Shown piece after piece: positions 10,803 through 20,436 of a stretch of 64,000 bases of DNA. The notes beneath the pieces are model-generated. The model did not search any database. It was given only the letters and a program-made list of their open reading frames with translations, and had not been told where the DNA came from. The stretch comes from an uncultured Spirochaetota bacterium (lineage in GTDB: Bacteria; Spirochaetota; Spirochaetia; SZUA-6; Fen-1364). The stretch's first letter is position 1. Every line of letters starts with the position of its first letter. The position numbers and the translations under genes were made by a program. Where the stretch lies: positions 1 through 64,000 of the forward strand of contig CAWJSK010000018.1 of assembly GCA_963845535.1 (NCBI GenBank), read 5' to 3'.

Positions 10803-11867
10803 ATGCCGTTCCTGCTGTTCGCCTGCGGGGTTGTCAGTCTGTTCTTCGCCGTCGTTCAACTTACCGCCGCGAACAAACAACCCCTACACTACTGCATGGC
10901 TATCTGCTGCCTCGCCGCCGGCTACATCTTGATCTACCTCTCTGGCGCCGCCGCCCGTCTAATCCTGCGCCTCCCCTGGCTTGCGAACAGCGACATCGCC
11001 GTTCTGCTCGTGGTGTCCCCTGCCTTCTACCTGAGCTCTCTCACCATCCTTCACGAGGGCAGGCGGTCAGTTCGCAGCTATCTCGCATACTTTGTTGTCC
11101 CGATAGCCCTGGCATTCGGCACCGGGCTCTACAACGCTCTCACGGCGAAGCGTCTGGGGGTCGGTGCCGTTCTTGGGCATTTCTCGAGCTCCGTCCTGAG
11201 AGCGCTCACCCTCGCTGCCGACCTATTGTTCATCGCCGCTATTGTCTTGGCCCTCCTCGCCGCGTGGCGCCTTCACTGGGCACGACAGATCGGGGATAGG
11301 GCCGCCTTCCGCCACCAAGTCGTGTTTCTCTTTTGCTACCTTGCATCAGCTGCCGTCGTTATGGCGGGCTGGGGCCTGCGCAATGAACTCCTCTACACCA
11401 TCGGGTGCCTGACAACGGGCCTGCTTGTCGTGTGCTATGCACTGTCGCGAACAGCGCCCTCTTACTTCGCTCAAAACCGGCGCCTTCTCCGTCTTGGACG
11501 GAGAGAGCCCCTATGGGACGCCTCCGCCCCGGCGCTCACCGCACGGCTCTCGCGACTCATGGAGAAGGAGGCACCCTATCGGGACGAGGAGCTGACTCCG
11601 CGGCGGCTGGCGGGCATGCTGGGAGAAGAGCCGAAGCGTCTGTCCTACCATCTGAACGTGAGTCTTTCCAACACGTTTCGGGGCTACATCAACGAGCTTC
11701 GCCTGGCGGCGATCTGTCGAGATCTCCTTGTGGACCCGCGCCGCACGATCTTGGACATCGCGTTTTCTAACGGCTTCAATTCCAAGAGCAGCTTCAATGC
11801 GCTGTTCTTCAGGAAGTACGGACGGACCCCGAAAGAGTTCCGCAAAAGAGCGCTTGGAACACCCTGA
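10803..11867 (+). CDS. Membrane-anchored AraC-family regulator
   Basis: N-terminal TM helices; C-terminal TILDIAFSNGFNSKSSFN.LF.RKYGRTPKEFR. Confidence 0.9.
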   Translation: MPFLLFACGVVSLFFAVVQLTAANKQPLHYCMAICCLAAGYILIYLSGAAARLILRLPWLANSDIAVLLVVSPAFYLSSLTILHEGRRSVRSYLAYFVVPIALAFGTGLYNALTAKRLGVGAVLGHFSSSVLRALTLAADLLFIAAIVLALLAAWRLHWARQIGDRAAFRHQVVFLFCYLASAAVVMAGWGLRNELLYTIGCLTTGLLVVCYALSRTAPSYFAQNRRLLRLGRREPLWDASAPALTARLSRLMEKEAPYRDEELTPRRLAGMLGEEPKRLSYHLNVSLSNTFRGYINELRLAAICRDLLVDPRRTILDIAFSNGFNSKSSFNALFFRKYGRTPKEFRKRALGTP

Positions 11868-11969
11868 CGGGACCACGCCGTTGGGGCCTCGAGAACTCAA
11901 GAGGGGAAAACGGCACGAACAGGAGGATGGCAAGGAGCGGCGTTTTGGCAAGCGCGCAAGGGCTGGGTG

Positions 11970-12200
11970 GTTTCAATATTCGCAGTCATCCCGGAAGCAA
12001 CTCGCAGCGTTGTGCGACTGTTTAAAAGAACTTCCTCTTGCAATCGAGTTCAACCGAAGCGATTGGTATCGAAAGCGAGTCGTCGACGGTCTTCGTGTGC
12101 GTGGAGTTGCAATGGTTAGCGTCCAGGCGGGAGCCGCGGCGATGCCAGCACACGCACAAGTGACTGCTCCTTTCTCCTACTTCCGATTTATGGGCCGTCA
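11970..12200 (+). pseudogene. DUF72-family fragment
   Basis: LPLAIEFNRSDW..LRVRGVAMVSV..VTAPFSYFRFMGR. Confidence 0.5.
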
Positions 12201-12451
12201 CATCCGCTACCATCTTCGCGGTCAATCAGTACTACGAGGACTGCCGTTACACGCCTGAAGAGTCGCAACAGTAGTTTAGGACTCGGAGGGCTTCACTCTA
12301 ACGCCGGACCCCGAACAGCCCCCAGCAGTTCCGATCTTATGTCGCGAGTCGTGCCCCCGGACTTCATTTCCGTCCGGCGAGGGGCCCACAAGTGCTACTC
12401 CACGGTGAGTCAAAAATGAAAGTGGCTCTGGTGACGGTAGGGCGTCCCTCC

Positions 12452-12634
12452 CTATCCCCGGTCCCACCAATGTGGCTCATCTGCAACCTTCTCAAGGACA
12501 TCAAGTTTTAGGCGTTGTTTACCGCCAAGTGAAAAGACACAGAGAGCTTCGTCACCCTCTATCTTCTCAACGGTCATCGGCGATCCGCCGCCCTTAAACC
12601 TCACGACATCTCCCACAACAATTTGCTCTTCCAT
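12452..12634 (-). CDS. YodC/DUF2158-like small protein, copy 1
   Basis: VGDVVRFKGGGSPMTVEKIEGDEALCVF; near-identical to 30042..30224. Confidence 0.8.
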   Translation of the reverse strand: MEEQIVVGDVVRFKGGGSPMTVEKIEGDEALCVFSLGGKQRLKLDVLEKVADEPHWWDRG

Positions 12635-12669
12635 GATTCTCTTATCCGTCAGCGGAAAGGCGCCAGGGG

Positions 12670-12855
12670 TTACCTTGAGGTTTTGAGGCGCTTCATGGAG
12701 GGACAGCCTTTTTCGGTGTGCTGGCCAGCATTTCTGTCCCAGAATACGCCCGGCGGGCTGCTCTGGGGGACCGAGCCAACCCCTGGCGCTATCTTCATGG
12801 GAGCCGTCGGTGTGACATCCACACCGCACCAAGGACAACGCCGATACTCCGCCAT
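12670..12855 (-). CDS. Small CxxC protein, copy 1
   Basis: MAEYRRCPWCG..HTEKGC; conserved in the copy at 30239..30454. Confidence 0.55.
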   Translation of the reverse strand: MAEYRRCPWCGVDVTPTAPMKIAPGVGSVPQSSPPGVFWDRNAGQHTEKGCPSMKRLKTSR

Positions 12856-13163
12856 AAGAGCCCCCCTGCTTTCGATGGTCGTTCCAAGGGAGTATAAACT
12901 ACGCGGCAGGCCTCCAGAAAGTCTCGCCATGCCCCGCCACGCGCGAACAGAAGCGCCAGATCGCGCACATTGCGCCTTTCATGGCTTTACGGAGGGGCCC
13001 GGAGAGGGCTAAAATAGCGCATTAGAAGAGCGAGGATTGCGGGAGTCCCTCCATTTGGCTTTCTACTGAAGCTGAGGCATTGCACAGGAGATTCGGCTAT
13101 TGACGTGTTGCACCTGTTCAGCGATGTCTTCAGGAGGCCTGATGTCGCACCGAAGTTTTTCTT

Positions 13164-14045
13164 ATGGAAACAAATCCCAAGGGTACTTCGGGCATCATTA
13201 TCGCACGCCTTCCGGGCATTCCCGCCGCCGAGCTGCTGAAAGTCCGAGCCCGCGGGTCACTCTCAACCGATGCCTACCGGCGCGCTGTTCGCGCCTTCCT
13301 GGCCTGGGCGGAACTTCGCTCTCCAACCGCTGAGCTCTTCGCCGCTTACATCGAGTATTCACGCCAAGCGGGAGGATCAGCCTCCAAGCTCAACCGCGAC
13401 CTCTACGGCGGCAAGGCGGCCATTCTACAAGCCGCTCAGCGCCAGGGCATGAGCAGCCGCGAGCTTGCCATGCTGAAAATTGCCCTGGACTCTATCCCTG
13501 GGGCAAAGACGAACACGCCCGAGATTAGGGTGATCTCACCCGAGGAGCGCGCGCGCCTGATCGCAGCGCTGCCCCTACGGGTGCGCCTTATCGCACGCTT
13601 CCTCTACGCGACCGCTGCGCGGGTTACCGAGGGCCTCAAGGTAAGGCTCACGGACCTCAAGGACGATGGAGACCGTGTACTCCTACGCTTCCATGGGAAG
13701 GGCCGCAAGGAGCGTTGGGTGAGAATCCCTGTTAGTTTGTTTGAAGAGATCGAGGGAGAGTATGGGAAGAAGGGGAGGGTGTACCTGTTCGAGAGCCACA
13801 ATGGTGGCCCCTTCTCGAGACAATACGTGACGCGGGAGATTGCCAGGGCAGCCCGAAGGGTGTTGAATCGGCGGATCACAGCGCACAATCTACGGCACTC
13901 ACGGGCCACGGACCTGTTTCAGAAGACCAGACGCCTCAAAGGAGTATCCGAGATGCTGGGCCACGCTTCCACCGCTACAACGGCGCGATTCTATGTGCGG
14001 GACTCTCTCACTGATGACGAGCTTTTCAACGGGGAGGAGTTGTAG
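13164..14045 (+). CDS. Tyrosine recombinase (XerC/D-like)
   Basis: ARVTE, GKGRKER, HNLRHS, LGHASTATTARFY. Confidence 0.9.
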   Translation: METNPKGTSGIIIARLPGIPAAELLKVRARGSLSTDAYRRAVRAFLAWAELRSPTAELFAAYIEYSRQAGGSASKLNRDLYGGKAAILQAAQRQGMSSRELAMLKIALDSIPGAKTNTPEIRVISPEERARLIAALPLRVRLIARFLYATAARVTEGLKVRLTDLKDDGDRVLLRFHGKGRKERWVRIPVSLFEEIEGEYGKKGRVYLFESHNGGPFSRQYVTREIARAARRVLNRRITAHNLRHSRATDLFQKTRRLKGVSEMLGHASTATTARFYVRDSLTDDELFNGEEL

Positions 14046-14459
14046 TGGAGGGAAAGGTGAACGGCAGGGTGCGGGATTGTTCGCTTGGCACACTTCTTCG
14101 CTCCTTGAGGGTAGGGGGCGAGGAGAGACAGAGATTCTCCATTCGCCCCAGGTTTAATTTTGCATCCGGGGAGTGCATTTCCGGCCGTGTAAATGCCGGT
14201 CGCACCCTGATGAATATCTTGCCGATCCTCACAACAGCTCGCCCCAGTCCGAACGTGCAAGATTCGGACCTCCGTGAGATCCTCCGGTGTGCCCTCCCAG
14301 GCGCGGCTGTGCTCCAAATCAGTCGACAACAAGCGCAGCACATGCACGTTCTCGTCGTACTGCACGGAAAAGGGGCGCGCCTCGAGACAGGCCGCCGTAT
14401 CCCGTGCAGCGCGGCTTGATATCGTCGAAAGGCGACCCGCGTCCCCGTGTCGGTCGGCG

Positions 14460-15317
14460 ATGATCCCTTGGGCGGGGGAGGCCCTGGAGCTGTTCAAAAA
14501 ACTGTTTCGAGAGAACAGGAAGTACTTCCTCGATTTTGCGAGCTTCGAGAGCAACTTCGTGAGCCTCGTGCGCTCTGACGGCGCCTTGGACCTGTATGAC
14601 AGACTTCTTCGAGCGAAAGATTCGGACGGCAGAATCATCTTCGACAAGGTCCAGCCGCGCGACTACCTCAGCGTGATCCGCGAGGAAGTCCGTCCTTGGA
14701 GCTACATGAAGTTTCCGTTTATCCATCCCCTCGGGAAAGAGAAGGGTTGGTACCGCGTGGGGCCGCTGGCGCGGCTGAACAATTGCGATTTCATCGACAC
14801 GCCGCTTGCTGAAGAGGAGCGAAGGGAGTTCTTGAAGCTTGGAGAGGGTAGGCCGGTGCATGCGACCCTCGCCTACCACTGGGCGCGGCTCATCGAGACC
14901 CTCCATGCCGCGGAGAAAATGAAGGAGTTGCTCTCCGACCCCGATCTCCAGGGCGTAGACCTTGTGGTGAGCGGGACCCGTCGCGGCGAAGGTGCGGCAT
15001 GCATCGAGGCGCCTCGAGGGACCCTCTTTCATCACTACCGTGTCCGCAGTGACGACACGATTGAGATGGCGAATCTCATCGTATCAACGACGAGCAATAA
15101 CGAGCCAATGAACAGGGCGGTTCAGAGGGTAGCCCAGGAGGAGCTTTCCGGCCGACAGATCACGGAGGGCCTGCTCAACAAGGTGGAAGTCGCCATCCGG
15201 GCCTTCGATCCCTGTTTGAGTTGCGCGACGCACGCGCTGGGCAGGATGGCCCTCGAAGGGTCACTCGTCGATTCGCGCGGTCGGGTCGTGGACAGAAAGG
15301 TCCGCGGACAAACGTGA
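14460..15317 (+). pseudogene. C-terminal part of a group 3 [NiFe]-hydrogenase large subunit
   Basis: YRVGPLARLN, EAPRGTLFHHY, L2 motif DPCLSCATH; N-terminal L1 motif absent. Confidence 0.85.
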
Positions 15318-15797
15318 ACAACCGCCAAGGGAAAGGAGCCTCGGTTCTTCTTTTGGGGTATGGGAACCCTGGCAGGCGGGACGACGGTTTGGGGCCGTGG
15401 ATTGCCCAGGAGATGCAGCGACGACACGGCGAGCGTATGACGGTCCAGACGGACTTTCAGCTCGGAATCGAATGCTGTGTCGATATGGCGCGCCACAAGG
15501 TTGTTCTTTTTCTGGATGCGGCCCGCGTCGGACCTGAGCCGTTCAAAGTCAGGCAGTTGGGCGCAGCAGCATCAGGCTCGCTGCCGATGATCGACGTCGG
15601 GTTTACGACGCACCTCTCGAGCCCGGAGGTCCTGCTGGCTCTTTGCGAATCGAGTCTCGCGGCGCGACCGTTGGCATGGCTGGTAGGTGTCCGTGGATAT
15701 AATTTTGGCGGCGGTGAGGGGACTGAGCAGGAAAGCGCAGCGGAATGCTCGCGCTGTCATTGAGCTCCTTGACGTGCTGCTCGCAAGAGGAGGTGAG
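15314..15797 (+). CDS. Hydrogenase maturation protease (frameshift near 3' end)
   Basis: LLLGYGNPGRRDDGLG, VLFLDA, FTTH; follows the large subunit; 3' boundary approximate. Confidence 0.8.
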
Positions 15798-15803
15798 GCT
15801 TTT

Positions 15804-16193
15804 ATGGCGGAAACAAAAGAAGTGATAAAGACAATCCTCGTCATCGACGATGACCCCGACGTGCGCGCGACCTTGCGCATCATTCTCGAATCGGCGGGAT
15901 TTACGGTAGGGGAGGCCGCGGAGGGGACTGCGGGGATGAAAATAGCTGAGAAAATAAGGCCGGATGCAATCATCCTGGACTTGATGATGGAGACGGTGGA
16001 CGCTGGCAGCAAGGTCTCCACCAAGCTGAAGAGTGCTGGTTTCACCTGCCCGATCTACCTCCTGAGCGCCGCCGGGGATTCGGTGCGGTACAACATCGAC
16101 ACCCAGCAGCTGGGACTCGCGGGCATTTTCCAAAAACCAGCGGATCCCAAGACCCTCGTTGCAACCCTCAAGACGAGCCTGAAACTGCGGTAG
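15804..16193 (+). CDS. Single-domain response regulator
   Basis: ILVIDDD..PDAIILDLMM..LLSA..FQKP. Confidence 0.9.
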   Translation: MAETKEVIKTILVIDDDPDVRATLRIILESAGFTVGEAAEGTAGMKIAEKIRPDAIILDLMMETVDAGSKVSTKLKSAGFTCPIYLLSAAGDSVRYNIDTQQLGLAGIFQKPADPKTLVATLKTSLKLR

Positions 16194-16314
16194 TCGTTGA
16201 GCAGAGTATGTTTAAGTTGCGAAAGGAGCCCGGCGCTCGCAGAAGCCTTCGATCTGCGATGATGCCAACGCTTGGAAGTCTCAAATCCTTTTCGAGACGG
16301 GTCGCCGTCGCATC

Positions 16315-16343
16315 TTGACACCTGTAGCTTCGGTGGCTACATT
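16315..16343 (+). promoter_or_regulatory. Promoter with embedded palindromic operator of the Phd/VapC operon
   Basis: TTGACA-17 bp-TACATT, overlapped by the inverted repeat TGTAGC-N7-GCTACA. Confidence 0.65.
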
Positions 16344-16349
16344 TATTAT

Positions 16350-16661
16350 ATGGTCACTGTCAAAATCCGAGAGCTCAAAAATCGCCTTTCTCATTATCTG
16401 GGTATTGTGCGCGGGGGAGAAACAGTTATCGTACTGGATCGCAATGCTCCAATTGCCGAGATCCGTGCTCGGTCAACGAGCCTCTCCTCAGAGCGGATTG
16501 CCCGCTATATCACAGAGCTCACTGCGCGAGGTCTGCTTACACCGGCCACGACAGACAGCGTTCTCAACTTCGAAGAACTCTTCCGGAAAGCTCGCATCTC
16601 CAAGCCGCGCGGGGACTGGCGTCCAACTCTCAACGAACAACGAGAGGAGCGTTTTACGTGA
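16350..16661 (+). CDS. Phd/YefM-family antitoxin
   Basis: MVTVKIRELKNRLSHYL..VRGGETVIV.DRNAPIAEI. Confidence 0.9.
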   Translation: MVTVKIRELKNRLSHYLGIVRGGETVIVLDRNAPIAEIRARSTSLSSERIARYITELTARGLLTPATTDSVLNFEELFRKARISKPRGDWRPTLNEQREERFT

Positions 16662-17089
16662 AGGCGGTCTACATCGATACCAGTTTTGTGCTCTCGTTTC
16701 TGTTCGCTGAACAGGGGTCGGATGATTACAAAGCGTATTGGGACGCGACGCACCTCCGCTTCTCATCTATCCTCCTGCAAGCTGAGACTCTGGTCGCCCT
16801 TCATCGTCACAAAGTCCGCGTCGACGTTTGGCGCTTTATGGACTCTCTGATGAAAGCGGTGCAGTTTCGCATCCTTGACGAGCGTATTACCGCACGCATC
16901 AGGGCTGACAGGAAATTTGGGCGCCTACGCAGCCTTGACGCGATTCACCTTGCGACAGCCTGTGAGATCAGGGACGCAATTCAGGAGCCAATCGAGATTG
17001 CCTGCTTGGACTCCCGCTTGCGTGATTCTGCGACAACATTTGGATTCGTACTTTTGCCAAGGCGGGATCGGAAAGAAGCCGGCGAATAA
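16658..17089 (+). CDS. vapC: VapC PIN-domain toxin
   Basis: VYIDTS, LRSLDAIHLATA, LDSRL; GTGA overlap with the antitoxin. Confidence 0.88.
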   Translation: MKAVYIDTSFVLSFLFAEQGSDDYKAYWDATHLRFSSILLQAETLVALHRHKVRVDVWRFMDSLMKAVQFRILDERITARIRADRKFGRLRSLDAIHLATACEIRDAIQEPIEIACLDSRLRDSATTFGFVLLPRRDRKEAGE

Positions 17090-17159
17090 ATCTGAATCAT
17101 TTGAAGTCGTTAAGGAATTAGGAATTTCCCTATGATGTCACATTCTAAAGAAGACCAAA

Positions 17160-17188
17160 ATGTTATATAATCTCATATTGTCTAACAT
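17160..17188. other. Putative tyrosine-recombinase core site 1
   Basis: ATGTTATATAA-7 bp-TTGTCTAACAT imperfect inverted repeat; left arm identical to that at 28840. Confidence 0.5.
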
Positions 17189-17634
17189 GCGAGGGGAGGA
17201 GTCAAATCAAATAGATGAGCCCGATCACCGCGAGACCGCAAGCATCGCTTTGATCGCTAACGCGAGTCCTGTTGATAAGCTCAGGAATCGTTTTATGTTC
17301 ATTCATATTCATGAGAAAAGCTTTCTCATTCATGATAGCGTCCAGAGTATAGGAGGGCAGCCAAGCAGTCCAACCGCCTTAAATAGGTGTTTACAGCCAA
17401 CTTACCACCGGTAATGAATTGGAGAGTTTTTGTATACAGCACGAAGGCCCGTTTACGCTATAACTCTCTATGCAGAAAACAGATATCGAAATCTGTTTAC
17501 ACTCTTTATCTTGTCCTCCTTCCGGAGTCATCCAGAAAGTATCGCCGGCGATACTCACCCACCGAACAAGCGTTCAACGGATAAGGGCAACGCATGCATT
17601 CTTGCATCCCAGGCCTTTCTCCTCTTTACTTTTC

Positions 17635-17949
17635 TTACTTCTTCGGCAAGACAGAGTCGTTCTTTTTGAACCAGGCAATAACCTCTGTCAGCGCGCGTCG
17701 CTTCTCAACTTTGTTTGGGTCGTAGTTGCGCGCACGCTCCTCCAGTCTTCTGAGCTCAGGGAATTTCCCCAACAATCTGTTCCAGGAATCAGTCGGATAT
17801 CGCTTGCGAATCTTCGCGTACTGCAAGGCTTTGTCAGATTCTTCGTGCTCCTCCGCCATGGTAGGCTTTCCTCGCCTTTTCGCAATCCAGTCGAGAAACT
17901 TCTCTGTCATCCATGCCCGAGGAGTCCAGTTATCCCAGTTGATTTTCAC
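17635..17949 (-). CDS. Hypothetical basic protein
   Basis: 104-aa ORF with protein-like composition; no family recognised. Confidence 0.4.
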   Translation of the reverse strand: MKINWDNWTPRAWMTEKFLDWIAKRRGKPTMAEEHEESDKALQYAKIRKRYPTDSWNRLLGKFPELRRLEERARNYDPNKVEKRRALTEVIAWFKKNDSVLPKK

Positions 17950-18475
17950 AATCTTGCCCTACAGCATCAGCCCAGAAATGAGTATCGCCGGCGAATACTC
18001 GGCCGCCGAACAACCGTACAACGGGGCCATGGAAAAAGATACGGCAACCGGAGGCCCACCACGCGCGTCCGGGAAGGACTAATCTCGCAGGTCTTTGCCC
18101 TGCTCATCGCTTCAGGCTTCCCTCGCCCCCCTGCCGTCTCCGCCCTCCCCGTCCTACCCGCTCTGCACACCCACCGGTATGGTACCCTCCAGACGTCTGG
18201 GAGGGGGAGACTCTCAGGGGGGCCACGGTTTCTGTACGCTCATCGCCGCTTCGCCGTCCTGGCTCACAGCTCTTCCCTACAGAAAGCCCTTGCTCCTTTG
18301 TGCTCGGCCGCGACGGAAGGTGACGGCGCCTTCGGCGCACGGCCGGCCCCAGCGGTCAGCGCTCCGCGCGGCAGCGGCAGGGTGACACTACAATTCCACG
18401 CAACGGCGATGGCAGGGATGCCCGAGCCGTCTTACTAGATCCCCCGCCGTCCCGAAGCCGCTTCCTTCACGGGTG

Positions 18476-18979
18476 TTATTTCTTACCTTCCTTGATCGTC
18501 CGCATCGCCTCGTTGTACAAAAGAATGTAGTTCTTATTGGTTTGCTCAGTCTTTTTTCCGTCCTCTATTTTGTACTGTTTGCCATTCTCGAGGAGGAATT
18601 TCTCCTCTTTCTGCGAAACGATACTGACTTGCCCCTCACTGATTGACTTATCGTAAGCGTACTCTGTGCGTTGAATTGAGATCTGATCAGAATCAAGATT
18701 CTCAAAGTGATACGTAACTTTCCCCCGCTCACCGGCCAGGTACACCTCAAAATAGGCCAGCTTGTCTTTGTCATCATAGTACGCGGAAATCATCCCTCCT
18801 TCGGATAAATGGCCGCCAAAATCAAGCTGAACCTCTCGAAGCTTCCCAGAACTACTCGTGTTAGTCGCTTGATTCCCTTGAGCAGACCCACTACTGCTTT
18901 GCGTTTTTGGGGAGCATCCCAACGCTGTGACGCTCAGGATCAACAAAAACGACAGAGATATATACTTTCGGCTCTTCAT
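18476..18979 (-). CDS. Lipoprotein, probable immunity protein of the Rhs-M15 toxin
   Basis: MKSRKYISLSFLLILSVTALGC signal/lipobox; removing the IS110 places it directly after the toxin stop with AAGGAG 7 nt before ATG. Confidence 0.7.
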   Translation of the reverse strand: MKSRKYISLSFLLILSVTALGCSPKTQSSSGSAQGNQATNTSSSGKLREVQLDFGGHLSEGGMISAYYDDKDKLAYFEVYLAGERGKVTYHFENLDSDQISIQRTEYAYDKSISEGQVSIVSQKEEKFLLENGKQYKIEDGKKTEQTNKNYILLYNEAMRTIKEGKK

Positions 18980-18980
18980 A

Positions 18981-19190
18981 CTACTATGATGCGCGTCAAG
19001 CCGCTGTGCCCTCACCTCCTCTACTATGATGCGCGTCAAGCCGCTGTGCCCTCACCTCCTCTCCGCCGATTGTTTGCTCACTCTATGGAGCCCGCTTGGA
19101 CGCTTCTACTATGATGCGCGTCAAGCCGCTGTGCCCTCACCTCCTCTCCGCCGATTGTTTGCTCACTCTATGGAGCCCGCTTGGACGCTT
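18981..19190. repeat. Tandem copies of the IS110 right end (40 + 85 + 85 bp)
   Basis: CTACTATGATGCGCGTCAAGCCGCTGTGCCCTCACCTCCT at 18981, 19021 and 19106; 19021-19105 equals 19106-19190. Confidence 0.95.
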
Positions 19191-20232
19191 CTTCAAGCTG
19201 CCGATAGGCGTCAGTTCCTGTCAGCTTCTCGTTTTGTCGAGCGTAGTCATAAGCAGTTTTCCCCACTCGGTCCTTCCCTTTGGCGTTCGCGCCAGCTTTA
19301 AGCAGTGCCGCAATCACCTCGGGGTATGGGTTTTTGGCAGCCGAAATCATCAATGCGGTAGATCCGTTGTCGCTATAGGCGTTGACGTCTGCGCCAGCCT
19401 TCAGGAGCGTGGTGATTATCTCGGCGTTCTGTTTTTTTCCGGCGGCAACCATCAACGCAGTCTGGCCGTACTTGTCCCGGTTATTGATGTCCGCGCCGGC
19501 CTTCAGCAGCGTGGTGATCACCTCAGGGCTGTGGTTAGTCGCGGCGGCGTAGAGCAGCGCGGTCACGCCATCCTTGTTTCGAGTATTGATGTCCGCGCCG
19601 GCTTTCAGGAGCGTGGTGATCACCTCAGGGTTGTGGTTAGCCGCCGCGGCGTAGATCAACGCAGTCTGGCCGGCCTTGTCCTGAATATTGATGTCGGCGC
19701 CAGCCTTCAGGAGCGTGGTGATTACCTCAGCATTCTGGTTATTCGTAGCGGCATTCATCAACGCAGTCACGCCATCTTTATTCTGCGTGTTGACGTTAGC
19801 GCCAGCTTTCAGGAGCGTAGTGATCACCTCGGCGTTCTGATCGTACCCAGCAGCGACGAGCAGCGCGGTACCACCGTCTTTATTCTGCGTGTTGACGTTG
19901 GCGCCAGCTTTCAGGAGCGTAGTGATTGCCACGGCGTTCTGTTTTTCAGCGGCAGCCATAAGCGCAGTCACACCATCGTTGTTTTGGGTGTTGATGTTCG
20001 CGCCGGCTTTCAGAAGCGTAGTAATTACCTCAGGGTTCATCTCAGCAGCATATTTGAGGGGAGTGTTGCCGTGTTTGTCCTGCGCATTCACCCTCGCGCC
20101 CTTGTCGATCGCGGTCTGTACCGTCTGAGGGGTTCCTGCCTTTACAAGCTCAAAGAAATCCGTCGCCTGTGCGTACGCCGAAGCTACCATAAGGACCGCG
20201 AGAGCTACTACTACGACTATTCTCTTTTTCAC
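19168..20232 (-). CDS. Secreted ankyrin-repeat protein (about 9 repeats), IS110 cargo
   Basis: Signal peptide ..ASAYA|QATDFF; repeated EVITTLLKAGADIN..DK.G.TAL. Confidence 0.92.
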   Translation of the reverse strand: MKKRIVVVVALAVLMVASAYAQATDFFELVKAGTPQTVQTAIDKGARVNAQDKHGNTPLKYAAEMNPEVITTLLKAGANINTQNNDGVTALMAAAEKQNAVAITTLLKAGANVNTQNKDGGTALLVAAGYDQNAEVITTLLKAGANVNTQNKDGVTALMNAATNNQNAEVITTLLKAGADINIQDKAGQTALIYAAAANHNPEVITTLLKAGADINTRNKDGVTALLYAAATNHSPEVITTLLKAGADINNRDKYGQTALMVAAGKKQNAEIITTLLKAGADVNAYSDNGSTALMISAAKNPYPEVIAALLKAGANAKGKDRVGKTAYDYARQNEKLTGTDAYRQLEEASKRAP

Positions 20233-20436
20233 GTTGTGCCTCCGTGGCCAAACGCCTGCTTCACTGTAAATCTCCAAAATCCTACACGCTAGGATTGCGT
20301 AGGACGAACGCGGCGAGAGCTTGCCGTGTCTTTATACCCCCCGTTAGACCCCCATCGCGCTTCGAGTTGCTCCGCCCTTCGAGAAAACGCGTTGGTGGCA
20401 CGCTGCGAGCAGCGAAAACGCCGACTATGGTGCGTG

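Noticed and set aside
4755..14045. Integron integrase with cassette array
   Set aside because: No recognisable IntI-specific insertion and no repeated attC-like sites.
18055..18070. 14-bp match CCACCACGCGCGTC to about 30799
   Set aside because: Too short and GC-rich, with no extended homology.
18981..19190. Possible CRISPR array
   Set aside because: No unique spacers (0 bp, then a duplicated 45 bp) and no cas genes; explained as IS110 right-end copies.
19096..20292. Long antisense ORFs (also 36627..37751, 39703..41106, 6250..7095 and others)
   Set aside because: Shadow frames of well-supported opposite-strand genes in GC-rich DNA.
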